A stretch of 49,225 nucleotides of DNA, taken from the IMG/VR virus record IMGVR_UViG_3300018405_000004; one strand, 5' to 3'. This stretch comes from a virus. The stretch's first letter is position 1; each line of letters starts with the position of its first letter. Below, piece by piece: positions 17,292-24,956 of this stretch. The notes under the pieces were generated by a model. That model saw nothing but the letters and a program-made list of their open reading frames with translations, was not told where the DNA came from and searched no databases. Both the position numbers and the translations under genes were made by a program.

Positions 17292-19681
17292 ACGTCTGCA
17301 CCTTTTGAATACCGCTTGCCCTTCGCTGGCTGATGACCTGTAGATGTGCAAATCCCCCTCGCCTCATCCTGATCGCAATCCATAAAGTGACCATTAACGA
17401 AGCGCTGATAAACGGTACCCAGCGAGCCGAAACGGTTTTTAGTCACGATGATTTCTGCGAATTTTGCCGCCAGGCTGTTCTCGTCATACACCGCCTCGCG
17501 GTAGAGCATGATGATTGAGTCGGCGTCCTGCTCGATGCTGCCAGAGTCGCGAAGGTCTCCGTTGGTGGGGCGTTTGTTGGGTCGTTTCTCAACTTCGCGT
17601 GATAGCTGGCTCAGTGAGATGACCGGGGTTTTTAGGTCTTTCGCCATTCCCTTTAGGCTGCCAGAGATATGCGCGATAGCCAGGTCATTGCGATCGGCTT
17701 TCGGTTTCTCAATCAGGCCCAGGTAATCGACCATGATTAGCGACAGTTGCGGATGCGACTGCTTGTGCCGTTCTGCCACCGCGCGGATCTGCTCGACAGT
17801 CAGCTTTGACGCATCAACCAGCCAGACATCCAGGTCCTGCAACCGGGCAATGCCATTCGATACCCTGGCCCAGCCTTCATCGTCCATGCGCGCCGGGTTA
17901 CGTAGTACGCTAACCGACATGTTCCCGGCCCCGGCAATGCTTCGCTCGGCAATCTGAAGTTTGCTCATCTCCATGCTGAAAATCAGCACACCGCGCCTCG
18001 TGTTACTGCCGGGTATCATCCGGCTCGCAACGCCCTCAGCAATTTTCAGCGCCAGTTCCGTATTGTGCGTAACGATGTAATCCGTTGTCACATAGAGATG
18101 GCTAGGATGACTCACCATAATGCAGAGACATTCTTCTGGCTCAACCGCTTCCACCGATTTGATTCCCACACCAAGGTCGCCAAGCCTGTTAATGCCAAGG
18201 TTTTTGCGTAAACGTGGTGAGTGAATTTGCTCTATTACAGATGAAGGCAACTTCATGCTGACCATATACGCATCAAGCCCTTTAAGCTTTTCTCCTTTGT
18301 ACGTGTAAACTATTCCCGTCCTGCTGGATTCTTTTGCGGTTCCACCCAGAGATCTAACAAGCTTTATTAATCCTTTAGCTAATTTCTGGCTGGATGAACT
18401 AAAGCGGATGCATCCAAACTTCTCTATCCAACCGTCGGTTTCAAGAAGGCCAGTTAAAACACCGGTACGTATTTCTTTATTAGCACTAAATATTTCTGCT
18501 GGGATTTCCTTCTCGGAAGCTCCTTTCCCAATTAACCCAAGACCACGCAGTTTGTCCAATAATGGGTTCTTTTGCCCTTTTTGATTGCTGATCAGATAAT
18601 CATTTTCTCCTACCTTAACCAGTCGTAGTGGTGCAATTGCATGGGTCATGCGGTTCAGGACGTATTCTTCTGAGTTGGTGAATTTGACGCCATTTATCAA
18701 CGAGCCATCACCAAGGAGAGCCCCTATAACCCAACCATCAAGGGGTATATTCCCACCAAAGTCTCCGGTAACTGCTGGAACTCTTATTCTTCCCTGATAG
18801 CGTGTTTTTTGTAGCATCCCAGCAAGAGCATCAGTATCAACAACACGTTTACCCGTAAATTTTGATGATGAAATTTCCCATAAGTGGTTGTCGGCACATT
18901 TCACGCTGCGTCCATCTTCAAAGGTAACTAAGTAGGTGAATTTCTTTCCTTGCGGGAACACTCCTATTACCTCAGAAGGAGCCCCATCTATTGACGCGAT
19001 GCGATCGCCAATTTTGATTTCACCGTGAGTTGTCCAAATGCCATCTGCAAGCAAAATCCCTTCATTCAGTGCCATTGCTTTACCCATACCAGGCCGGGCG
19101 GCGATAATCACCAGGTCTTCGGCGTTCATTCCTCCGGTGATGGCGTCCAGGTCGTCAATGCCGGTCTTCATCGTGTCGGATTCTTCGCCGTTGGTCAGGC
19201 GCTTCTCCAGGGTGTCGGTGTAGTCCGTCAGCAGGTCGCCAAGGCGTACTGGCTGAATCTCATGCTTAGGCTTCCTGATGACGCTCAGACGCTTTGTCAG
19301 CTCGTCCATTGCCTGCGATGACTGGTCCAGCGTTCCGTTGCTGATAGGCCCGCGCATTTCGTCCAACAGTTGCAATACCAGGCGACGCTCGTAGGAGTCC
19401 GTTACCATCCCGGCGTAGCCTTTCAGGTTAGCGGCGCTCGGGCAGGATTTAGCGGTCTCCATGATGTCCGCGAAATGCCCGTCACCGCATTCCTCGGCAA
19501 CCATCAGGCCATCAATCAGGTTTCGCACTGCGGCTTGTTTCTGGATGACGCGATAGGCTGTCTGGTATAGCGGGATGGAAAATGCTTCTGGCGGTACGGT
19601 TGCGAGAACTTCACTGGCTGCCGGTGTCAGGCCGCCAATCAGCAGGCCGCCGATAACGCTGGCTTCGATATCCTGTCTCAT
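17288..19681 (-). CDS. dnaB: Replicative DnaB-type helicase (P22 gp12 analogue) interrupted by an intein
   Basis: N-terminal DnaB domain. Walker A ARPGMGK is split from [10 protein letters not shown] by 339 aa. Downstream RecA-like motifs IMVDYLGL and SLSQLSR. Confidence 0.9.
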   Translation of the reverse strand: MRQDIEASVIGGLLIGGLTPAASEVLATVPPEAFSIPLYQTAYRVIQKQAAVRNLIDGLMVAEECGDGHFADIMETAKSCPSAANLKGYAGMVTDSYERRLVLQLLDEMRGPISNGTLDQSSQAMDELTKRLSVIRKPKHEIQPVRLGDLLTDYTDTLEKRLTNGEESDTMKTGIDDLDAITGGMNAEDLVIIAARPGMGKAMALNEGILLADGIWTTHGEIKIGDRIASIDGAPSEVIGVFPQGKKFTYLVTFEDGRSVKCADNHLWEISSSKFTGKRVVDTDALAGMLQKTRYQGRIRVPAVTGDFGGNIPLDGWVIGALLGDGSLINGVKFTNSEEYVLNRMTHAIAPLRLVKVGENDYLISNQKGQKNPLLDKLRGLGLIGKGASEKEIPAEIFSANKEIRTGVLTGLLETDGWIEKFGCIRFSSSSQKLAKGLIKLVRSLGGTAKESSRTGIVYTYKGEKLKGLDAYMVSMKLPSSVIEQIHSPRLRKNLGINRLGDLGVGIKSVEAVEPEECLCIMVSHPSHLYVTTDYIVTHNTELALKIAEGVASRMIPGSNTRRGVLIFSMEMSKLQIAERSIAGAGNMSVSVLRNPARMDDEGWARVSNGIARLQDLDVWLVDASKLTVEQIRAVAERHKQSHPQLSLIMVDYLGLIEKPKADRNDLAIAHISGSLKGMAKDLKTPVISLSQLSREVEKRPNKRPTNGDLRDSGSIEQDADSIIMLYREAVYDENSLAAKFAEIIVTKNRFGSLGTVYQRFVNGHFMDCDQDEARGICTSTGHQPAKGKRYSKGADV
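18062..19078 (-). mobile_element. Intein (339 aa, Ala202-Asn540) with a LAGLIDADG homing-endonuclease domain; class-3-like
   Basis: Excising A202-N540 restores GMGK|T. Block [13 protein letters not shown] (H266, W268). LAGLIDADG motifs [12 protein letters not shown] and [11 protein letters not shown]. Block F CLCIMV (C520). Block G IVTHN|T. The region is AT-rich by eye. Confidence 0.8.
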
Positions 19682-20802
19682 TGAAGCCCCTTATCAGCAA
19701 ATTTAGCCTCACGAACACCAAGCAGTGTTTTATCGCGTAACAGGTAGTCGATGTCCGCCGCCCAGCCTGTGTCGTTTTGACCGAAGTAAAATGGTTTAGC
19801 CTGAGCGACAAACGCTTTCACGTATGCTCTCCAGCCTTCAACGTTTGGGGTCTTGAGTTGCGGTATGAGTTTCTTAAGGCGGCGCTTGCGGGTGTCATTC
19901 AGCGCAACGGCATGAGGTAATAACTCGCCGACCTCTTCGTTGTAAGCCTGAATGAATGCCTGGTAGTCAGTGCGATCTGCTTTTCGCTTTTCAGGTTTAG
20001 AAACCTGCGCATCTTCCCCCTCTGGGGGTAAGGGGGTATTTGTCTTTATTGTCTTTTGTATATTGTCTTTTGTGTGTACCTCACGCTGTAAATCGTGATT
20101 TACTGACGGTGTGACACTATCTGTCACATACGGTGTAAAACTTTCCATGACGGCGTTAATCTTATTTACCGCCTGAGTTACGGTAGTCCCGAACATCTCT
20201 CCATGAATCATCTGCCCTTTCATCGCTTCGTGGACTAATGGTTCGATAGCGCCTGCTTGCAGATGGAATGGCGAAATATAAAAGACTTGAGGATTATTAC
20301 CTTCGAAGTAGTACTTAACTTCTTTCAGTCTTTCTTCCGCATCCCGCGTGGTGAAACCGACTTTAACTGGTCCGAACTCATCTTCCGCAAAAACGTAAAT
20401 GTAACCAGCCTTATGCTTGGTAGAGCCATACTCCCTGCGACGCTCTGGACGCTCTACGCACCAATCAGAAAACACCTTGTTAATGCCAACCTTTCTACCC
20501 TCAGTGATCAACACATTCATGTTCAACAACTCTGTTTTAGTAGAGCTGCACCTGGTTCTTGGCATCCCGGTCATTTCTGACAATTGCTCGCCACTTATCC
20601 AGTCAAACTTCTTGTTGAATCCGTATGTTTTGCGGATTACAGCTAGCAGGAGTTTCATCTGCCGAACAGTGAAGTTGTTAGACATAATGGCATCGAGCAA
20701 ATCATTGGCGATGCGCGTATAGCCATCTTCAATGTCTGCCACCTGTCGCTCCATTGCCTCTTGTTGAGGCTTACGATAATCAGCTAACTTAACGACGCCC
20801 AT
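19678..20802 (-). CDS. Replication initiator (lambda O / P22 gp18-like) with an inserted T5orf172/GIY-YIG-like domain
   Basis: AGGAGG SD before the ATG at 20802. N-terminus [12 protein letters not shown]...[15 protein letters not shown] is Phage_rep_O-like. The middle segment GYIYVF..VKVGFT..R...H is T5orf172-like. C-terminus [11 protein letters not shown]. Confidence 0.8.
   Translation of the reverse strand: MGVVKLADYRKPQQEAMERQVADIEDGYTRIANDLLDAIMSNNFTVRQMKLLLAVIRKTYGFNKKFDWISGEQLSEMTGMPRTRCSSTKTELLNMNVLITEGRKVGINKVFSDWCVERPERRREYGSTKHKAGYIYVFAEDEFGPVKVGFTTRDAEERLKEVKYYFEGNNPQVFYISPFHLQAGAIEPLVHEAMKGQMIHGEMFGTTVTQAVNKINAVMESFTPYVTDSVTPSVNHDLQREVHTKDNIQKTIKTNTPLPPEGEDAQVSKPEKRKADRTDYQAFIQAYNEEVGELLPHAVALNDTRKRRLKKLIPQLKTPNVEGWRAYVKAFVAQAKPFYFGQNDTGWAADIDYLLRDKTLLGVREAKFADKGLQ
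20016..20140. repeat. Candidate origin (ori) repeat cluster inside the initiator gene
   Basis: CCCCCTCTGGGGG palindrome followed by GGGGG; three copies of TTGTCTTT(T) at a 10-14 bp period; GTAAATC-GT-GATTTAC palindrome; ACGGTGT x2 flanking GTGACA-N5-TGTCAC. Confidence 0.45.
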
Positions 20803-20953
20803 GCCTACCTCCTGATGCGACAATTGCCAGCCGGATAACACCAATCAGACGTTCTGCGAACGCCCGGTTTTTAGAGGCTGCAACGACTAATCCATCAGGT
20901 GAATCAGGGTGCTCCCGCTCTTCTGCGGGAGTTTGTTTCTTGCGATTTTTCAT
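20789..20953 (-). CDS. Hypothetical basic 54-aa protein
   Basis: GGGGG SD before the ATG at 20953. The 3' end overlaps the initiator start by 14 nt. Confidence 0.4.
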   Translation of the reverse strand: MKNRKKQTPAEEREHPDSPDGLVVAASKNRAFAERLIGVIRLAIVASGGRHGRR

Positions 20954-20963
20954 GGCTAGCCCC

Positions 20964-21500
20964 CTACAAACGCATTGGCATGATGATGACTTGCCCGTTA
21001 CCGAACGCGCCGTTGAACTCGACGACGGCAGCATTTTCTGAGCCGCCAGGCTTAATTTTTACGCCGCAGAAACGGGGGTTATAGAGCTTCGCAGCCTTTT
21101 CGATATCAGCGAGGTAGCTGGCATTGAATCCAATCTCATCTACCGGTTTTGATTCATGCGAGGAGCGCAGTCTTTCAACATCAGGGAATCGCCCATCAAC
21201 CACCTTGCAAACGCCAGCAGATGTGCGCTCACCGTGTTCATCCAGGTAGGAAACGATTCCGGTATCAGTGTCGATTGAGGCAGTTTCAAACTTCGTAACC
21301 TTCGGTCCGCTGACAGCAACGATGACCTGTTCAACCAGGTCTTCGGTTGTGTGCTCACCGATAAAGGCGCGATGACCGTCAGTGGAGTAAAGTTTCTTAT
21401 CGGGAGAGAAACAGACGCCATTCAGGTAATAACGAACGTCGCCTTTAGCCTGGAATATCATTGCGCTCAGCAGCGCATTTTTGCTTACTGTCAAAATCAT
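20964..21500 (-). CDS. Truncated DNA polymerase III beta-clamp (DnaN) homologue, 178 aa
   Basis: GDVRYYLNGVCF..LYSTDGHRAF, VVDGRFPDVERL, IGFNASYLADI and the C-terminal IIMPMRL mirror E. coli DnaN domain II plus the last ~60 aa of domain III. Confidence 0.75.
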   Translation of the reverse strand: MILTVSKNALLSAMIFQAKGDVRYYLNGVCFSPDKKLYSTDGHRAFIGEHTTEDLVEQVIVAVSGPKVTKFETASIDTDTGIVSYLDEHGERTSAGVCKVVDGRFPDVERLRSSHESKPVDEIGFNASYLADIEKAAKLYNPRFCGVKIKPGGSENAAVVEFNGAFGNGQVIIMPMRL

Positions 21501-21519
21501 GGTATTCTCCAGTTGTGGT

Positions 21520-21810
21520 TTAGAAATCCATCGTCACTTGTGAATCCTCGGTTGCAGCCGGGGATTTTTTATTTGTGAGAATCGCTGCCACCTGAGACGC
21601 CAGCCGGGCCATCTCATCGTCAACAATCCCCCATTCAAGCACTGCCAGTAACATCGAAATCTTCGGGATAAAGTCCCGCTTCCATCGCGTTATCTGCGAG
21701 CGATCAACGCCGATTGCGTCAGCTATTGCCTTGCTTCCATGCAACGTGATTTTGTTGAGCAAGGTACTTTCAATCTGCCGCGCAGATGTGCGTGTGCGTG
21801 TACGTTCCAT
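21520..21810 (-). CDS. cII: CII lysogeny-establishment activator
   Basis: 96 aa. Near-collinear with lambda CII (IES.LLNKI..G......GVD.SQI.RWKRD.IPK.SMLLAVLEWG.VDD.MARLA.QVAAILTNKK.PAATE). Confidence 0.9.
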   Translation of the reverse strand: MERTRTRTSARQIESTLLNKITLHGSKAIADAIGVDRSQITRWKRDFIPKISMLLAVLEWGIVDDEMARLASQVAAILTNKKSPAATEDSQVTMDF

Positions 21811-21869
21811 TTGTCATACTTTCCTTGGTGAAATAGATAGTTATGCGCATTCGTTGATGCGCTTTAAGA

Positions 21870-21908
21870 AGGGACGAAACATCCCTGAGCCAGTAGTTTT
21901 AAAGAGCG
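21870..21908 (-). promoter_or_regulatory. nutR (boxA CGCTCTTTAAAA plus boxB hairpin)
   Basis: On the minus strand between cro and cII: boxA at 21897-21908 and boxB AGGGAUGUUUCGUCCCU at 21870-21886. A GCGCAT-N6-ATGCGC hairpin follows. Confidence 0.65.
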
Positions 21909-21916
21909 GGTGGTGC

Positions 21917-22111
21917 TTAAGCTGCTTTTTCTTTGCTTGGGAAAGGTTTGAATTCCTCACCTTTCACCGTGCCATCTTCCTGAACCGTCACAAAAATCTG
22001 TCGACCGGTTCGAATGGCTTTACTGATAGCGCACTGGATTACTCCAAAATCCTTCGCGGCCTTTGCCTGGCCGTGAATTTTTGCGTAATCCTCAAGTGTC
22101 ATTCTGGTCAT
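21917..22111 (-). CDS. cro: Cro repressor
   Basis: 64 aa. Collinear with lambda Cro (TL.DYA...GQ.K.AKD.GV.Q.AI.KAI..GR.IF.T...DG.V..EE.KPFPS). AAGGAG SD. Confidence 0.9.
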   Translation of the reverse strand: MTRMTLEDYAKIHGQAKAAKDFGVIQCAISKAIRTGRQIFVTVQEDGTVKGEEFKPFPSKEKAA

Positions 22112-22139
22112 AGGCCTACTCCTTGAAGGTCACACCAAA

Positions 22140-22209
22140 AGAATACTACGGGTATTTGTTTTTGTAAATATCTTAGGTATTTTGGTTTAATTACCTGCGG
22201 TAATAGAAT
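22140..22209. promoter_or_regulatory. OR region: three 15-bp operators, with pR (minus strand) and pRM (plus strand)
   Basis: Operators AATACTACGGGTATT (22142-56), AATATCTTAGGTATT (22167-81) and ATTACCTGCGGTAAT (22190-204). pR is TTTACA-17-TATTCT (22163-68 / 22140-45). The candidate pRM -10 TAGAAT (22204-09) would place the start at the cI ATG, giving a leaderless transcript. Confidence 0.7.
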
Positions 22210-22215
22210 GAAGTG

Positions 22216-22926
22216 ATGGAAAATAAAAAGACCCTGACGGCAGAACAGCTTAGAGACGCAGAGCGACTTAAGGCTTTGTATGAGTCAAAAAAGAAAGATT
22301 TAAAAATCACTCAATACACAATCGCCGACGCGCTTGGCATATCGCAGGGCGCTGTGGGTCATTACATGAATGGTCGCATTGCTCTGAATGTTCCGGCGTT
22401 AACCTCTCTGGCGAAAATACTTAACGTCAGCCCAGCGGAGATAAGCCCGTCACTGGCTAAAGAAATTGGTGAGTACGCAAGGTCTATCGATGCGAACGTC
22501 TCAGGCTTTACGCCTTATACAAAAGGTGTTAGCTATCCGGTGCTGAGCAAGGTTCAGGCAGGTGCGTGGGCGGAAGCCGTTGAAGCGTACACCTTGAAGG
22601 ATATAGACCTCTGGCTTGAGTCTGATGCTCACATCCAAGGGGATGCGTTCTGGCTTGAAGTGGAAGGCGATTCGATGACCGCGCCGATGGGGTTGAGCAT
22701 ACCAGAAGGCACGTTTGTGCTTTTCGATACCGGTCGTGATGCATGCAATGGCAACCTGGTCGTAGCCAAGCTGCAAGATGACAACGAAGCGACGTTCAAG
22801 AAACTGATAATCGATGGCAGTCAGCGCTATCTGAAGGGGCTGAACCCGCAGTGGCCGCTGGTTTCAATCAATGGCAACTGCACGATTATTGGCGTGGCTG
22901 TAGAGACGAAGCTGCGGCTGCTGTAG
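22216..22926 (+). CDS. cI: CI repressor (HTH plus S24/LexA-type autocleavage domain)
   Basis: Lambda CI-like length and layout. HTH ITQYTIADALGISQGAVGHYMNG. C-terminal S24 domain (GDSM...LVVAKL..ATFKKL). A GTG at 22213 is an alternative start. Confidence 0.9.
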   Translation: MENKKTLTAEQLRDAERLKALYESKKKDLKITQYTIADALGISQGAVGHYMNGRIALNVPALTSLAKILNVSPAEISPSLAKEIGEYARSIDANVSGFTPYTKGVSYPVLSKVQAGAWAEAVEAYTLKDIDLWLESDAHIQGDAFWLEVEGDSMTAPMGLSIPEGTFVLFDTGRDACNGNLVVAKLQDDNEATFKKLIIDGSQRYLKGLNPQWPLVSINGNCTIIGVAVETKLRLL

Positions 22927-22978
22927 TGGCCGGAAGAGACGTTCGGGTGATGCCTGCGAATTCAAAGAAGGATTGGTA

Positions 22979-23404
22979 ATGGAAAAGATTTCATTTTTGT
23001 ATGTTTCTCAAATCTTTCCTGGAAAGATAGCCAGATCATTAAATTATCCGCAACCATGGATCAAACCAGATGAAGAAACAGGGAAAATAAGCATTGACGT
23101 TTCTTTTGGGTTGATAATAAAAACAAAGATTAATTATCGAGTAGATGTCGATTTATTCTTTGGCGATCATCGCATTGAATTCGGCAGTGATCAGTCATTG
23201 CAAACAGACCCTATTGTCGCAGGTACTACATCAGGAAACGAATCAGTTAGCATTGAAAACATGTCCCTCATGAATATCCATATCAAAGATGAAGGTATAT
23301 ACAAGGTCACTCTTTCTCTGCACGCCATTGATGAATCAGAGGTAAGTCGTATAATTCATAGCTCTGAGTGTTTCTTCTATCTATCAAAAGAATGGAAAAT
23401 TTGA
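22979..23404 (+). CDS. Hypothetical soluble protein (141 aa), first gene of the cI-linked cassette
   Basis: AAGAAGGA SD. AT-rich. No TM segment or motif recognised. On the same strand as cI and 52 nt downstream of it. Confidence 0.65.
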   Translation: MEKISFLYVSQIFPGKIARSLNYPQPWIKPDEETGKISIDVSFGLIIKTKINYRVDVDLFFGDHRIEFGSDQSLQTDPIVAGTTSGNESVSIENMSLMNIHIKDEGIYKVTLSLHAIDESEVSRIIHSSECFFYLSKEWKI

Positions 23405-23405
23405 T

Positions 23406-23873
23406 ATGTCACGCTCAGCTTTTGTCAGAAGGGATACGCCGGTTGCTAACGAAGAGTACAACGTGTATAATTTGAACAATGGTTATGACGGTGGAAGCGG
23501 CGGAGGTGGCAATATGACTGAACGCTTAGAGCGACTTGAAAAGAAAGTTGATTCTATGGAGTCAACACTGTCTCGCCTAAACGAAACCATCATTCGCATA
23601 GATGGAAAAATTGAGTTACAAGGAATTAAACTCGCTAGCGCACTTGAACAGCAATCCGTTAAGCTATCTTCAGCGATGGAATTGCAAGGCCAGAGGCTTT
23701 CTTCTGCACTCGAACTTCAATCACAAAAGATGACTTCCACCTTAGAGAATCAGTCCATTTCTTTTGATGGCAAGCTCAAGGATCAAAAACTGGCTATCAT
23801 CTTATGGATACTGGGATTGCCAAGCTTAGTCTTCGGTCTTTATAAGCTCTTTGAGGTTTTCTCGCCTCGATAG
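23406..23873 (+). CDS. Coiled-coil protein with a C-terminal TM anchor (155 aa; 119 aa if it starts at Met37, nt 23514)
   Basis: Five 11-residue repeats (nt 23616-23780). TM helix LAIILWILGLPSLVFGLYKLF. A strong GGAGGTGG SD precedes the internal ATG at 23514. Confidence 0.65.
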   Translation: MSRSAFVRRDTPVANEEYNVYNLNNGYDGGSGGGGNMTERLERLEKKVDSMESTLSRLNETIIRIDGKIELQGIKLASALEQQSVKLSSAMELQGQRLSSALELQSQKMTSTLENQSISFDGKLKDQKLAIILWILGLPSLVFGLYKLFEVFSPR

Positions 23874-23891
23874 GTTTAACGCATTAATAGA

Positions 23892-23916
23892 ACCCGGCCA
23901 CCGAGCCGGGTTTTTT
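23892..23916 (+). terminator. Intrinsic terminator closing the cI operon
   Basis: CCCGGC-CACCGA-GCCGGG followed by TTTTTTA. Confidence 0.8.
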
Positions 23917-24073
23917 ATGCCTGTTTCTGGTGATCCCAAGTAGGTGCAATTACCGCCATAAATCCCAGACAAACCCGCATGTAGACTGCCTTTACCGGTG
24001 ATCCAATTTTTGGTTAACGCTAGCACTACTGGTTAATCATTTACCACGGGTGACATCGTTAACCACCTGCGCC

Positions 24074-24274
24074 CTACTCTTCCGGCAAAGAAAGAACATC
24101 CAGCGCCAACTCTACCGCCAAGTCCACCTGATCTTCCTGCCATAGCACCTGAATCATTTCTATCAGCGCCTCTCTCGACGGCTCGCGCTTCTCAACCAGC
24201 AGTTGCATAACAGCTGTTCCAAGCACTTCAACTATCTGCGGATGAAGCTCAGCAAAGAATTTGTCTCGTTCCAT
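24074..24274 (-). CDS. Small acidic helical protein (66 aa), possibly YmgB/AriR-like
   Basis: AGGAGG SD before the ATG at 24274. LGTAVMQLLVEK....ALIEMIQVL......LAVELALDVL loosely resembles the AriR family (weak recollection). Transcribed divergently from the OL region. Confidence 0.5.
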   Translation of the reverse strand: MERDKFFAELHPQIVEVLGTAVMQLLVEKREPSREALIEMIQVLWQEDQVDLAVELALDVLSLPEE

Positions 24275-24339
24275 AGCCACCTCCTGATGTTTTTTTGAGC
24301 ATATCACGGCAAAAACAAAATTAAATAACCTTGTAAATC

Positions 24340-24410
24340 AATATCTAGAGTATTCATCATTAAAAATAAATACTCCGGGTATTTACTAAAATAAATACTA
24401 TGAGTATTCT
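24340..24410 (+). promoter_or_regulatory. OL region: three operators plus pL
   Basis: Operators AATATCTAGAGTATT (24340-54), AATACTCCGGGTATT (24369-83) and AATACTATGAGTATT (24394-408). pL is TTTACT-17-TATTCT (24382-87 / 24405-10), the same architecture as pR. Confidence 0.7.
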
Positions 24411-24456
24411 TAGTCCATCAGCAGGACGCTGAGACGCAACAAGGACTGAGTTGCAG

Positions 24457-24493
24457 GCTCTTTAACAAGATGACATGGGGATGATTCGTCCCC
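24457..24493 (+). promoter_or_regulatory. nutL (boxA GCTCTTTAACAA plus boxB hairpin)
   Basis: boxA at 24457-68 matches the rrn-type boxA. After an 8-nt spacer comes boxB GGGGAUGAUUCGUCCCC (24477-93), which matches the nutR boxB core GGGAUG(A/U)UUCGUCCC. Confidence 0.65.
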
Positions 24494-24650
24494 GCCAAAG
24501 GATGTTGCTTTGGGGTGTGGTGAGTCAGAAATGACTACTGCGGTATATGGGTGACGGCGGGCTCGTAAGGCTGACCGTGTGACACGTTCGATTCGTGTAG
24601 TCGCAGGAATGCGCACGCCACACCACCAAAGCAACCACTGGAGGTATCCA

Positions 24651-24911
24651 ATGAAAGCCAGAGAGATTCGCAAGCTCGAACGTGCTCGCCAGCACAATGA
24701 GATGAAAGCCTACTGCAAGAAGATTGACCGTGCATTTTCACGGTTATCTGAAGGTTGTTCAAACCGGGTAATAAACGCCATCACAACAGCCACTACGCTG
24801 GGAATGATGGGTAAGGAAGTGAGTGAGGGTTCTGCATGCATGCCGGAAATTGCAATATTCGCAGCCGGTCACCGCAAAGTCAGGAAGGACGCAACACACA
24901 TCATCAAATAA
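24651..24911 (+). CDS. N-like transcription antiterminator candidate (86 aa)
   Basis: First gene after pL and nutL. GGAGG SD. N-terminal Arg-rich motif MKAREIRKLERARQH. No sequence similarity to lambda N noticed. Confidence 0.55.
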   Translation: MKAREIRKLERARQHNEMKAYCKKIDRAFSRLSEGCSNRVINAITTATTLGMMGKEVSEGSACMPEIAIFAAGHRKVRKDATHIIK

Positions 24912-24934
24912 GTCGCTACGGCGGCTTTTCTTTT
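24912..24934 (+). terminator. Intrinsic terminator after the N-like gene
   Basis: GTCGC-TACG-GCGGC followed by TTTTCTTTT. Confidence 0.6.
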
Positions 24935-24956
24935 GCCTAAATTTGAGGGTTTAACA

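Noticed and set aside
20803-20844. Upstream extension of the initiator ORF (MVLSGWQLSHQEVG) and similar long-start variants at 17351, 645, 10280, 12003, 11489, 42900 and 39744
   Set aside because: The internal ATGs have proper SD spacing and avoid overlaps with upstream genes. The extensions start at positions with no SD or at non-ATG codons.
23917-24073. Non-coding stretch with GGTGATCC x2 and GGTTAAC / GGTTAAT / GTTAACC direct and inverted repeats
   Set aside because: The motifs are short and could arise by chance. No promoter, terminator or ORF context supports them. Left unassigned; it may be a recombination scar.
24579-24650. Longer start (Met at 24579) for the N-like gene
   Set aside because: It has no SD and would bury the leader structure. 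The ATG at 24651 has a GGAGG at ideal spacing and exposes the Arg-rich motif at the N-terminus.
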